64,000 nt of DNA from an uncultured Acidobacteriaceae bacterium (GCA_963758835.1 CAVWWZ010000015.1:128249-192248), one strand, 5' to 3'. Positions 11,499-21,544 are shown, numbered from the stretch's first letter. Program-made: numbers and translations. Notes: generated by a model not told the origin, from the letters alone.

Positions 11499-12260
11499 TG
11501 GGGGACCTTACAAGTGCCGAGGATCGCCTCAGGTAGAAGGAACGGCGAATAAGACGAGCGTTGGCCACGCATTGCATTCATGGAGCCTAAACGCTGCTGA
11601 GCGCTGAGGGCTGTGTGCAGACCCGGCTCAAGCGTCCGAGGGTGGACGCGTTCTGTGGAGAATTTTGTGGATAAGATTAGTGGAAAATCGGGAGCAACCT
11701 TGTGTGGTTGCGCATGAGTTGAGTCGATTACCCTCGTAACTTGCGACGACGGGTCTTAACTGCCACGATAAGCAGCAACATGGCTACTCTCTATTGTATT
11801 ACCGACAAACCACACCACCGGATTTCACTGCGGCCCCGACTGCGGGTTAAAAGCAGCGCGATGAATTGTGACGCTTGTGGCGATGCCCTCGCGGTGCACG
11901 ACGGCGGAATCGCCGTCGATTTGGGGGATGGCCCTAGGGGCTATTGCAACCTCTACTGCGTAGCCCAACTGATCTTTTTCGCGATGTTCGGGACCACCAA
12001 GAGCGAATTCGAGGCCATTACCAAGGCGGCCGACGCGTGTCAGCCTTAGCAGTTCCGTTCTGCTGGCAGCAGCGCTCGCGGGACAAAAGGGCCCCTAACA
12101 GATACAACGATGGTATTGACATTCACATTCCACGCCGTTAGGCACACATTTATCACCCAGATGGTGGAAATAAGCGTACTGCTCGGAGTGATACAGATTC
12201 GTCGGCCCACGATGTTAGCAGCCGCGCTCACTTCATAAGGCGAGCAGCAGAAACAAGGAA

Positions 12261-12337
12261 TGGTAGGCACGAGGAGACTCGAACTCCTGACCTCTACCGT
12301 GTCAAGGTAGCGCTCTAACCAACTGAGCTACGCGCCT
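12261..12337 (-). tRNA. tRNA-Val (anticodon GAC), CCA encoded
   Basis: The reverse complement folds as a cloverleaf: acceptor AGGCGCG/CGUGCCU, D stem GCUC/GAGC, anticodon stem CUACC/GGUAG with loop UUGACAC, and T stem AGGAG/CUCCU with loop UUCGAGU. Confidence 0.95.
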
Positions 12338-12410
12338 GTATCGCGGACGTTCTACGGAAGCATCCTTATTCTAGCCATCACACTCCCCGCAGGCAAGTTC
12401 ACCTGCTCCG

Positions 12411-12920
12411 TTATGTGCGCGGGCTCCACGGTTCGCGCTTCGATGGAGCAGCATACTCCCATTCTCGCGCTCTGCGATGACTCCACTGGAACGCACCCTT
12501 GATGAGCCTGACCGTCGGCTTCCCTCCATGGTCGGGGTACGTCACGCTCACCACGTCGAAGCGACAGGGAGGTTGCTGCTCTCCCGCGAGGCGTCGAAGG
12601 TATCCACGCGCAACGGAACGGATGTGGCTTTTCTTGGCGGCGTCAACCGCAGCTTCCGGTGGAGCGAGGCCCTCACCTGTGCGCGTCTTCACCTCGACGA
12701 AGCAGAGGACTTCCCCGTCCCAGCCGATGAGATCGATTTCGCCACGACTCTGCGGAACCCGAAAATTGGTAGCAACGATGCGGTATCCATTGCCGCGAAG
12801 AAAAAGATAGGCTGCAGTTTCTCCTTCTCTTGCTGTTGCTAGATGCGCCGTTCGCCGAACCGGCAGAGCGCGCTGCACGCCCTGAAGAGCCCTCGTGATC
12901 AGGGTAAGGACCCACGTCAT
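12411..12920 (-). CDS. yraN: YraN family (UPF0102) endonuclease-like protein
   Basis: GETAAYLFLRGNGYRIVATNFRVPQSRGEIDLIGWDGEVLCFVEVKTR is the typical YraN core. The ORF is intact and the start is uncertain. Confidence 0.75.
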   Translation of the reverse strand: MTWVLTLITRALQGVQRALPVRRTAHLATAREGETAAYLFLRGNGYRIVATNFRVPQSRGEIDLIGWDGEVLCFVEVKTRTGEGLAPPEAAVDAAKKSHIRSVARGYLRRLAGEQQPPCRFDVVSVTYPDHGGKPTVRLIKGAFQWSHRRAREWEYAAPSKREPWSPRT

Positions 12921-12955
12921 AGACTTGTTCCGTCTAGCCCACTCTAGCGTTAGGC

Positions 12956-13699
12956 ATGACGCTCTCCCGTGATAGCGGTCACAGGTTGCCGTGCTGTGAA
13001 CTCAACGGTTTGCGAATCCTGCAAGCAAGCCTCACAATCGAAATACGACAAGCGGTGCTCCCATTGAACAAGCCTCACTCACGCTCGGTTTCGACACGCA
13101 TTCAGGAGAGCCGCCTGAGGAACCAGTTCTGGACCGCCCCAAACCAGCTCACCCTCCTGCGGCTGGTCTTCATACCTTTCGTCATCATCAATGTGTTTGA
13201 CGGCAATTGGGGCTGGGCGTTGGGCCTGCTGATCGTAGCCGGGCTCAGTGACGGCCTCGATGGACTGCTGGCACGGGTGCTGAATCAACAAACGATGCTT
13301 GGCGAATATCTCGATCCCATCGCCGATAAGCTGCTGCTCAGCTCGTTGTTTCTTGTGCTGTCTTTCGTAAGAAAGATTCCCTGGAAGTACACGATCATCG
13401 TCTTCAGCCGCGATCTCATCATCGTGTCAACCTGCGTTGTGCTCTACGCAACCGTCGGCATGCGGGACTTTCGGCCCAGCATCTTCGGCAAGGCGAGCAC
13501 GTTCTGCCAGATTGCAACCGTGTTTTTCGTCGTCCTCGCGCAGGTCGCAACCCAGCCCTGGGTAGCGATGGTGGAGCGCATGTTCCTTTACGCTACCTTC
13601 GTCTTCACCACAATTTCCGGCGTGCACTATGTCTTGCGAACCGGGTACCGTCTGCGGCATGCTGAACCGCGCACGCCGGCTGTTCGCAACCCAAGCTGA
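12956..13699 (+). CDS. CDP-alcohol phosphatidyltransferase family protein
   Basis: The DGLDGLLARVLNQQTMLGEYLDPIADKLL motif (D-G-x2-A-R...G-x3-D-x3-D) and several TM helices are present. The start is uncertain because the long N-terminus may be over-called. Confidence 0.75.
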   Translation: MTLSRDSGHRLPCCELNGLRILQASLTIEIRQAVLPLNKPHSRSVSTRIQESRLRNQFWTAPNQLTLLRLVFIPFVIINVFDGNWGWALGLLIVAGLSDGLDGLLARVLNQQTMLGEYLDPIADKLLLSSLFLVLSFVRKIPWKYTIIVFSRDLIIVSTCVVLYATVGMRDFRPSIFGKASTFCQIATVFFVVLAQVATQPWVAMVERMFLYATFVFTTISGVHYVLRTGYRLRHAEPRTPAVRNPS

Positions 13700-13709
13700 C
13701 GTATCGCTC

Positions 13710-14669
13710 ATGGCAACCGACTCCAATCACAGGCTGAAGGTAGTTCTCGCATTCGCCCTGGTGTATGTCTTCTGGGGATCGACTTACCTGGCCATCGGCA
13801 TTGCTGACGACGAACACCTGCCACCGTTTGTCATGTGTGCCATCCGCTTCCTGATTGCGGGGCCCATCCTGATGGCGGTGTGCGCCCTTATAGGCCGCAA
13901 CATTCGCGTGACGCGTGAGCAGTTAGGCAAGCTGGCGGTCATCGGCTGCCTGCTGCTGGTGGGCGGCAACGGCGGGCTCGCCTGGGCAGAGCAATACGTG
14001 CCAACCGGATTCGCCGCACTTATCGTCGCCATCACTCCCATCTGGTTCGTGCTGCTCGAAGCATTTGTCTTCCGCGGCGATCGCCTGTCATCGCGCGGAG
14101 TCGCCGGCGTAATGCTGGGCATTTGCGGGATTGCCGTATTGTTCTGGCCGAAGTTCGAGTACCGCGAGACGCTCGGCATCATGCAGTTGGTCTGTTCCAT
14201 TACTCTGCTGTTCTCGTCGTTTAGTTGGGCGTTTGGATCGGTGCTGTCGCGCAAGTGGCAAATGGCGGTCGATCCTTTTGTCGCTACCGCGTGGGAGATG
14301 ATCTTTGCCGGGCTCGGCCACGTTGTGCTCTCGCTGGTGAGCGGCCAGTACAAGCACGCCGTGTTCACGCATCGGGGAATGATGGCAGTGTTGTACCTCG
14401 TCGTCTTCGGTTCCTGGGTGGGATATAGCGCTTATGTTTGGCTGCTGAAACACGTACCGACGCCAAAGGTGGCAACTTATGCGTATGTGAATCCTATTGT
14501 CGCGGTGTTTCTCGGCTGGCTGATTTTGCACGAAAGGTTCGACAAGTTCATCGCGCTGGGGTCGGCGGTGATCGTAGTTGCGGTCGCGCTGGTCACGACG
14601 GCGCAGGTGCATTCGCAACCAGCGCCGGAAGACACTGCAACGTTCGCGCCCGAGGTGGAATCGGGCTAG
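13710..14669 (+). CDS. EamA/DMT family transporter
   Basis: MATDSNHRLKVVLAFALVYVFWGSTYLAIG is followed by about 10 predicted TM helices. The ORF is intact. The internal ATG at 13710 was chosen because it lies just after the upstream stop at 13699. Confidence 0.75.
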   Translation: MATDSNHRLKVVLAFALVYVFWGSTYLAIGIADDEHLPPFVMCAIRFLIAGPILMAVCALIGRNIRVTREQLGKLAVIGCLLLVGGNGGLAWAEQYVPTGFAALIVAITPIWFVLLEAFVFRGDRLSSRGVAGVMLGICGIAVLFWPKFEYRETLGIMQLVCSITLLFSSFSWAFGSVLSRKWQMAVDPFVATAWEMIFAGLGHVVLSLVSGQYKHAVFTHRGMMAVLYLVVFGSWVGYSAYVWLLKHVPTPKVATYAYVNPIVAVFLGWLILHERFDKFIALGSAVIVVAVALVTTAQVHSQPAPEDTATFAPEVESG

Positions 14670-14672
14670 ACC

Positions 14673-16010
14673 TCACTTCCCTGCCGTGGCCGCCTGCGCC
14701 TCGGGCCTGAAGCCGGCCATTTCCATGGCGCGTTTGGCCTGCGGATTCTTCATGAAGTTGTTCCAGATGAAGTTGCTGCGCTGATTCTCGACCATCATCA
14801 TGGTGATGCCCTGGTCGATGCCGATGACGTCAAGGTCGGTCCATCCCGTACGCGGATTAAATGCATCGACAAACCCGTACTGTTTCCAAGCCTGCGCCCC
14901 ATGCCTGGTGTAAAGGTTTTTCAGGCAGGCGAGGGTTTCATCGGGAAGAAACGGCACCGAACCGCCCGCGGCGCACGGAACAATCGTCCCATCGATGAGC
15001 CCGATCTCCGGCGGCCCTCCCCACGCCTGGTAGCCGATACGCGAGTCTGACGCTGTGATACCCCAGGCGTTGTCGGTGTAATCGGGCCATCGCCATCGCA
15101 AACTCTGGCAGAACAGTTTATGGGTATAGGTCGCGATCGCAGAGTTGCGGAAGTAATCGGTGTACTGATCGCGCTGGTTGCGGAAGTCGAACCACGCGTG
15201 CGAGAACTGATGCACGAACAGCGGATCAGTGCTGCCGATCCAGCTGTAGCCGGCATATTGCATCGTTGGTCGCGAGAAGGCGTCCCATGAACTCGCGGGA
15301 ATGTTCCACAGCGGAGCAGCCATGGCCAACAGATACATCATCATCAATTCGCAATAGGTATCCCAACGAGCGCCGATAAACTTATACTCCGGCGTCCATC
15401 CCGTGGCGAATGTTGTACCGCCGTTCATCATCCAGCGCCAGTTGACGCGGCGATAGATGGTCGCCGCCAACCTGGAGATCTCTGGACTAGTGAAGTAAGC
15501 GCTGGCCGTCAGCATCCCACAAAGTAGGATAGCCGTATCGATAGGAGAAACCTCGCACAGGCGCACGCGCTTGCCAGTATTGATATCGAGGAAGTGATAG
15601 TAAAAACCGTTCACCTGCTCGGCATGATTCACCAGAGAGTTCAGCGTGGTGACCACCCGCGCCCCGATCTGGTGCTTGGGCATATAGCCACGGGCGTGGC
15701 CGATGCTCAACGCTGCGAGACCAAATCCAGTGGCGGCGATGCTGCCCGTAACGCGCTGATCAGGCTCGCCGCTGGCCAGCGCTCGGTCGCGCACCAAACC
15801 CGTGCGTGGACTGGCTTCGTTCCAGAAGTAGAGAAACCCGCGATGCACGATCTCTTCCACGAATTCGTCATCGGTGAGTGGAGGATTTGGCGCTGCAACT
15901 GGAGGAGGAGGTGGCGGCCCATGCTGCGATTGCGCGAACAGGCCCGAGCGCATTAGCGGATAAGTCGCCGCACTCCGGGCGAGGAGAAGTAGCGCTTCGC
16001 GCCGCGTCAT
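14673..16010 (-). CDS. Glucoamylase-family / DUF3131 (GH144 beta-1,2-glucanase-like) protein with a Tat-type signal
   Basis: The ORF is intact at 445 aa. It starts MTRREALLLLARSAA and contains GSIAATGFGLAAL, FYYHFLDINTGKRV and EVSPIDTAILLCG. The family assignment is from memory of these motifs. Confidence 0.55.
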   Translation of the reverse strand: MTRREALLLLARSAATYPLMRSGLFAQSQHGPPPPPPVAAPNPPLTDDEFVEEIVHRGFLYFWNEASPRTGLVRDRALASGEPDQRVTGSIAATGFGLAALSIGHARGYMPKHQIGARVVTTLNSLVNHAEQVNGFYYHFLDINTGKRVRLCEVSPIDTAILLCGMLTASAYFTSPEISRLAATIYRRVNWRWMMNGGTTFATGWTPEYKFIGARWDTYCELMMMYLLAMAAPLWNIPASSWDAFSRPTMQYAGYSWIGSTDPLFVHQFSHAWFDFRNQRDQYTDYFRNSAIATYTHKLFCQSLRWRWPDYTDNAWGITASDSRIGYQAWGGPPEIGLIDGTIVPCAAGGSVPFLPDETLACLKNLYTRHGAQAWKQYGFVDAFNPRTGWTDLDVIGIDQGITMMMVENQRSNFIWNNFMKNPQAKRAMEMAGFRPEAQAATAGK

Positions 16011-16456
16011 GCGAGGGAACCTGTTATCGAGGAAGTAACTGGAAGAGTCCTACTCGGGGCTAGGGGGCGAAGGTTTAAAATGGAGTTGCCCCCACCCCCC
16101 GGTACATCGCTAAAATCTTGATTCCATTGATGCGGCTGGGGGGAATCTCCGCAAAATCTTGAGCGCGTGCGACTTACAGGCAAAATCTTCCAAAGATGAG
16201 ACTTAGCTGGATCTATTGCACCATACACGGTGCAGACTTGACTTTTTGAGCTGACGAACGGATAAACCTGGCAAGGGTCTTGCGCCATTACCTACTTACC
16301 AATGCCCCGCTTCCTAAGTGAGGAGCGCATGTAGGCACACAAATCCTCGACCCACGCTTGGAAGGTAACAAGATAATAGTGCAACTGCAAGTTACGAAGG
16401 TAATCAAGCCGATTTCTCTCAAACCGTGGCACCGCTCGGGGCGGCCATCCTTCACA

Positions 16457-17929
16457 TTATTCCATAGCTTCGACGGTTGCCATGGTCTCGATACCGTTCC
16501 ATAGATTCTGCAGACGTATGTTCTCGTTGCTTGAGTGCTGATTGTTGTCGTAGTTGGCGATAGGAACGGTGATGGTGTGAACGCCGAGTGTGTTCTCGAT
16601 CATTTCCAGTGGAACGCTTCCGCCCATGGTAGGCAGCTTTACGACGGGACCGCGTGCACGCTCGACAGCAGCAATGACCTCCTGCGCGATGGGCAGGTCC
16701 ATCGGCGTTCGAACCGCGTTGTAGCCGTCGTCGAGTTGCACGAAGGCGACATAAGGATGCGAGAGCAGCGTCTGCTTGTCGGGCGCTGTATTGGCGATGA
16801 AGTATCCCTGCGACGTGATGTAATCGACCACGCGCTGCTGCTGCGTCTTCCAGTCGAGCCCCTTCACCAGGCGCATGTCGATATCGACTGTCGCAGTTGA
16901 GGGAATCACGTTTGTATGCTGTACTCCCACGTGCGCTGCGGCAAAGCCGTCGATGTTGAGCGAGGGCTCGTTCAACAACTCAACCAACGTCTTGCCGTCG
17001 CCATCGGTGTGGCCGAGCGCGAATTCCTTCTCCAGCATCGGGCCATTATTCGGCGCTTCGGCGACAGCCTGCTTCTCCAGCGGAGTGAGCGGCGTGATGC
17101 CGTCATAGAAATGCGGGATGAGCACGTGACCGGTCTTGTCTTTCATTCCCGCCAGCAGTTGCGCCAGCATCATCGCCGGATTGGGGGCCCAGTTGCCGTA
17201 GTGGCCGCTGTGCAATCCGCGGTTCGGGCCGTACAGGGTGATGGCCAGATGCGTAACGCCGCGCGCTCCGAAGACCACCGTCTGGCGTCCGCTCTGATCG
17301 ACTGGGCCATCGCAGATCAGCCAGATATCGCCGCCGAGCTCGTCTTTATATTTGGCGAGAACGGCGCCGAGATTGGTTGAGCCGGCTTCTTCTTCTCCTT
17401 CCCAGACGAAGCGCAAGTTTGCTTTGGGGTGGATATTCGCAGCTTGGAGCGCATCGAGCGCAGTGAGCTGCGCGATGATTGCAGCTTTGTCGTCCGACGC
17501 CGAGCGCGCGTAGATTCGCGGCTCGCCGTTGACCATCTTGGTTACAGGATTGAACGGAGCTTTCGTCTCCCAGTCCTCTGGCGTGACCGGCTGACCGTCG
17601 TAGTGGGCATAAAAAACGATGGTGTGCTTCGCCCCGGGCGTCTTGATTTCGCCATAAACCACCGGGTTTGCGCCGGGAGCTTCGAGTAATTTCGCAGCGA
17701 CGTGCCGTTTCTCCAGCGCCTGAACTAATGTTTGAGCGTTGCGTTGAATGTTTGCTTTGTCGCTGGCGACATTGGGGATCGTCAGCAGAGAGGTGAACTC
17801 TTGGAGGATCTGCTGCTCGTGCGCGGCGCGGTATTGCTCGGCAGCGGCTTTGGGCGTGGTCTGGGCGGAAATCAGCGACGAACAGAAAAGAATGGAAGCA
17901 AGAGCAACAGCCAAGCGCTGTCGAATCAT
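16457..17929 (-). CDS. M20-family metallopeptidase (dipeptidase), secreted
   Basis: The ORF is intact at 490 aa with a signal peptide. It contains TIPNVASDKANIQRNA, HTIVFYAHYDGQPV, SASDDKAAI and FVWEGEEEAGS. Confidence 0.8.
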   Translation of the reverse strand: MIRQRLAVALASILFCSSLISAQTTPKAAAEQYRAAHEQQILQEFTSLLTIPNVASDKANIQRNAQTLVQALEKRHVAAKLLEAPGANPVVYGEIKTPGAKHTIVFYAHYDGQPVTPEDWETKAPFNPVTKMVNGEPRIYARSASDDKAAIIAQLTALDALQAANIHPKANLRFVWEGEEEAGSTNLGAVLAKYKDELGGDIWLICDGPVDQSGRQTVVFGARGVTHLAITLYGPNRGLHSGHYGNWAPNPAMMLAQLLAGMKDKTGHVLIPHFYDGITPLTPLEKQAVAEAPNNGPMLEKEFALGHTDGDGKTLVELLNEPSLNIDGFAAAHVGVQHTNVIPSTATVDIDMRLVKGLDWKTQQQRVVDYITSQGYFIANTAPDKQTLLSHPYVAFVQLDDGYNAVRTPMDLPIAQEVIAAVERARGPVVKLPTMGGSVPLEMIENTLGVHTITVPIANYDNNQHSSNENIRLQNLWNGIETMATVEAME

Positions 17930-18378
17930 GCGAAGAATATACGCGAGGCCGCTTCTCGCCGGGCCGCCCCGTTCTCTTTAACTAGTCCATCCCCAGCACT
18001 TCAACGGCACCTAGGTCAACGGCAGCGCACGGGGGCGTGTCCGGGTCGCTTTCGCCGGAGTTCTGCAAATGTTTGCATCTAATGAGCCCAACTTTTTGAA
18101 GTCTGTTTTTGTTGCGAGATTGCCGAACCCGAGACCCATCTTTTTCGTTCTCAATCTACCTCGGGAAGATCCTCTAAATAGTTGATAACAAGTGTTCGAT
18201 ATACTCGTTCTCCTGATAGCCGACCTGCATGTTGTCTGGCACTCGGATTGCCCTTCCAAGTGTGTCGTCCGGCGTTGAGCTTCGTTCTACTTCCTACTCT
18301 TTGCCGGGCACCTTTGTAGTGCATTCATAACCGAGCTGCCGTCCAGTAAGAACTTTGTCCGAACATGCCAGGAGAATT

Positions 18379-19387
18379 ATGGCTCAGATGCGCACTTATG
18401 CTTTCGCCCTACTGTTAGCGACAGGTCTATTGGGTTGTGGTGGGTCCGAGTACAGGTTTGGGAACACGCAGCGCAGTCTGACATCCATCTCCGTCACGCC
18501 CAGTTCTCAAAGTCTGACGGCAGCAGGACAGACGGCTCAATTTCTCGCGACCGGTACTTTCAGTTCGGATCCTGTATCGCAGGACCTGACCAACCAGGTG
18601 CAGTGGTCGTCAAGTACTCCTAGCGTGACGACCGTAAGCTCAAGTGGGCTGGCAACTGCCGTAGCCACAGGGGCGTCGACTATATCGGCCAGTTTGAACG
18701 GCGTAGTAGGCAGTGCAAGTGTCACGGTGGATTCGTCAGAATCCACCCGCTCGCTCACTTCGATAACTGTCATCCCGAACAACAAGTCCTCGGGGTCATT
18801 GGGGAAACTGCGCAATACATCGCGATCGGTAATTTCAGCAGTTCGCCAATGACCCAGGATATGACCAATCAGGTGACGTGGATGTCGAGCGATGTGCGCG
18901 TCGCAACCATCAACTCTGCTGGATTGGCAACGGCGATCGGCAGTGTCGACAACGGGTAAACCACAATCACTGCGATTTCGCCGCCCAGCAGCGGAGTAGC
19001 GGTAACAGGAACGGGTGCAGCTGACAGTTGGACGAATGGCACGAACCAGATACCTACTTTGACTGTGTACAAGGTTGGGCAAGGTTCAGGGACGGTTCAG
19101 GCTTTCAACGCCAATTGGGGTCGTCGGATATCATCAACTGCGGCTCGGGAGCCGACTGCACAGGACACTATGCGCTTAATACCCCGGTTGTTCTAACCGC
19201 GAGCACGCCGTCAGGAATGAAGTTTAGCGGATTTTCAGCCAATTGTTCGCCTCTCATTCCCGACCCGAATCCTGCGACCAAGAACCCTAATTTCTGCGTG
19301 AAACAGCAGGGTATCACGAGCTGTACCTGCCAGGTGAGTATGAGCGACAACGTCACGGTAGGCGCAATCTTTGACCTCGCTCCCTAG
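18379..19387 (+). CDS. Lipoprotein with bacterial Ig-like (Big_2) repeats, interrupted at about 18850 and about 18958
   Basis: The lipobox is MAQMRTYAFALLLATGLLGCGG. The unit SVTPS..Q..ATG.FSD...QDLTNQV.W.SS...VATV.S.GLATA is repeated. The C-terminal part is ORF 19028-19387. Confidence 0.7.
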
Positions 19388-19444
19388 TCGGCCGCCGACG
19401 TAGGGAAGCCGGCAACTCGGCGGGTGCCTATAGAACCCGCCGGC

Positions 19445-19852
19445 TCAGGGCTTCGTCCAATCCTCAATTTTCAACCTCTTAATGCGGTGAAAGCTGCGGT
19501 CGCTAGTAACCAGCGTAGCTCGGGCAGAGAGCGCCTGAGCTGCAATCATCAAGTCCATATTGCCCATCGGAGTACCGGCACCTTCAATCTCGGCGCGGAT
19601 GTCTGCATAGTGCGTGGCCGCAAGTGAATCCCAGGGTAGGATGTCAACTCGGAGCAGGAATTCTTCGACCGCGATTCTCAGATTCTTTGCATCCGGTCGT
19701 CGCGCCAATACGAAACGTAATTCGGCTTCTGTAATCACCGAAACGGAGACGGCTTCCATCGGTATTCTGGCGAGGTGTTGCCGGACGCGAGGCGGGATCC
19801 CTTTCAGGATGTAACTTACGGTGTTCGTATCCAGCAGGTAACGTGCCGGCAT
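19445..19852 (-). CDS. vapC: Type II toxin VapC (PIN domain)
   Basis: [18 protein letters not shown]...ITEAELRF...MDLMIAAQALSARATLVTSD carries the PIN acidic residues. The gene overlaps the upstream antitoxin stop. Confidence 0.9.
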   Translation of the reverse strand: MPARYLLDTNTVSYILKGIPPRVRQHLARIPMEAVSVSVITEAELRFVLARRPDAKNLRIAVEEFLLRVDILPWDSLAATHYADIRAEIEGAGTPMGNMDLMIAAQALSARATLVTSDRSFHRIKRLKIEDWTKP

Positions 19853-20094
19853 TAGAAGAGGTCACGCTTCTGCGGTGGCGTCTGATGGCGGTCGCTGAGG
19901 AAATCACTGGGTATGTCGATGGTCTTGAGCAGCTCAAAGAAATCCTGCCACGACTCTGGACGCCGTGACAGAATGACATCGCCGGTGCGAGGATCACGCC
20001 GGACGTAGACTTGGGAACCTTCGAAGCGATACTCGGCGGGCAAGCGTACCGCTTGACTGCGCCCATTGCGAAAGAGCTTTGCCGTTTGCGCCAT
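19852..20094 (-). CDS. vapB: Type II antitoxin VapB (AbrB/SpoVT fold)
   Basis: [24 protein letters not shown] is the SpoVT/AbrB-type motif. A GGAG Shine-Dalgarno sequence lies upstream. The gene overlaps the vapC start by 1 nt. Confidence 0.85.
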   Translation of the reverse strand: MAQTAKLFRNGRSQAVRLPAEYRFEGSQVYVRRDPRTGDVILSRRPESWQDFFELLKTIDIPSDFLSDRHQTPPQKRDLF

Positions 20095-20111
20095 CGTTTT
20101 TCTCCTCTACG

Positions 20112-20132
20112 TGGTATATATCGATGGTATAT
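20112..20132. promoter_or_regulatory. Direct repeat TGGTATAT x2 (20112-20119, 20125-20132) flanking ATCGAT; candidate vapBC promoter/operator
   Basis: The repeat was read from the sequence 18-38 nt upstream of the vapB start. It is AT-rich and -10-like. Confidence 0.35.
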
Positions 20133-20179
20133 GACAAAGCATGCACCGGCAAGCCGGTTTTCACGGCGGTTTTAGGGCG

Positions 20180-20208
20180 TTGACGACTGGCGCATGCGTT
20201 GCTACACT
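20180..20208 (+). promoter_or_regulatory. Sigma-70-like promoter candidate TTGACG-17 nt-TACACT
   Basis: The -35 element is at 20180-20185 and the -10 element at 20203-20208 with an exact 17-nt spacer. It faces the 470-nt non-coding stretch upstream of rpsL. Confidence 0.35.
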
Positions 20209-20589
20209 AAAAAGGTTCCGCGAGTTCTGCTGGGCCACGCTATACGTGTGGCGTGTTGTACTGTAACGATCCTGTATAATCATTCAGGATTTCCTCGCTG
20301 AAACGAGCCTGCGCTACCGTTGGACTTTCCACGGGTATGCAGGCCGAGGCAACGAAACGGAGTGCCTTCGTGAGCTTCAATCCGCCCGGCCGTCAAGGCT
20401 GCGGCGGAACGACCTCGGCGCCACCGTCGTTCGCTTGACCAGATCGGAACCAAGTCCCCGCTGAACGTGAGCGGGGAGTATGGGCAGACTAAGTTCTGTC
20501 CAGTCCCAATGCGGGATTGCTTGCGTGTGAGCGCCTGTGTGCGCTCGCGAACTAAAGTCCGCTCGCGATTTTGTAATTAAAGGCTTTTC

Positions 20590-20609
20590 GGCACGACTGA
20601 AGTCGTGCC
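20590..20609. repeat. Hairpin GGCACGAC-tgaa-GTCGTGCC; copy 1 of a 27-nt repeat
   Basis: The core cggcacgactgaagtcgtgc plus ctgac recurs in inverted orientation at 23785-23812. Confidence 0.7.
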
Positions 20610-20679
20610 CTGACGCGGACCGTCGCAGAGCAAAGTTGTTCAGGCTTGTGCAGCCGCTAGTAATAAGGAGCTGCAAAGA

Positions 20680-21055
20680 GTGCCTACATTTAATCAACTG
20701 GTGCGCAAGGGCCGGAAGGCGCCGAATTACAAGACGGCGAGTCCGGCGCTGCAGTCCTGCCCGCAACAGCGCGGCGTCTGCACCCGCGTCTACACCCAGA
20801 CGCCCAAGAAGCCGAACTCAGCGCTGCGCAAAGTCGCGCGCGTGCGGCTTACCAACGGCATTGAGGTGACGACCTACATTCCCGGCGTCGGCCACAACCT
20901 GCAGGAGCACTCGATTGTGCTGATCCGCGGCGGCCGTGTGAAGGACCTGCCGGGCGTTCGTTATCACGTGGTGCGCGGCACGCTGGATTCCGTTGGCGTG
21001 GCCAACCGCAAGCAGAGCCGCTTCAAAGTACGGAGCCAAGCGGCCGAAGGCGTAA
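20680..21055 (+). CDS. rpsL: 30S ribosomal protein S12, one indel near 21022
   Basis: GTG start behind AAGGAG. The protein reads [13 protein letters not shown]...[19 protein letters not shown]...[18 protein letters not shown]. The C-terminus [10 protein letters not shown] is recovered in the +1 frame. Confidence 0.95.
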
Positions 21056-21073
21056 GAGGCTTAACGAGGATTT

Positions 21074-21544
<471 letters not shown>

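Noticed and set aside
11499-11760. A stop-free minus-strand stretch considered as a tyrosine-recombinase remnant (weak ...LG..NAM...R..YS resemblance).
   Set aside because: The similarity is too weak to assert by eye, and the stretch has no start codon. It needs a blastx check and is mentioned only under the tRNA finding.
12046-12270. A 74-aa minus-strand ORF overlapping the 3' end of tRNA-Val.
   Set aside because: It overlaps a confidently folded tRNA gene and has an implausible composition.
16007-16288. A 93-aa minus-strand ORF upstream of the glucoamylase-like gene.
   Set aside because: It overlaps that gene's start codon and has no Shine-Dalgarno sequence or family resemblance. It lies in a repeat- and hairpin-containing promoter region.
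18064-18077. The palindrome TGCAAA-TG-TTTGCA in the divergent region between the M20 peptidase and the Big_2 lipoprotein.
   Set aside because: It is a single 14-nt site in an AT-richer intergenic region with no adjacent regulator gene, so it cannot be distinguished from chance.
20377-20766. A 129-aa minus-strand ORF spanning the rpsL start region.
   Set aside because: It overlaps the rpsL start and Shine-Dalgarno sequence. It has no ribosome-binding site or motif support, and the region is better explained as structured non-coding RNA.
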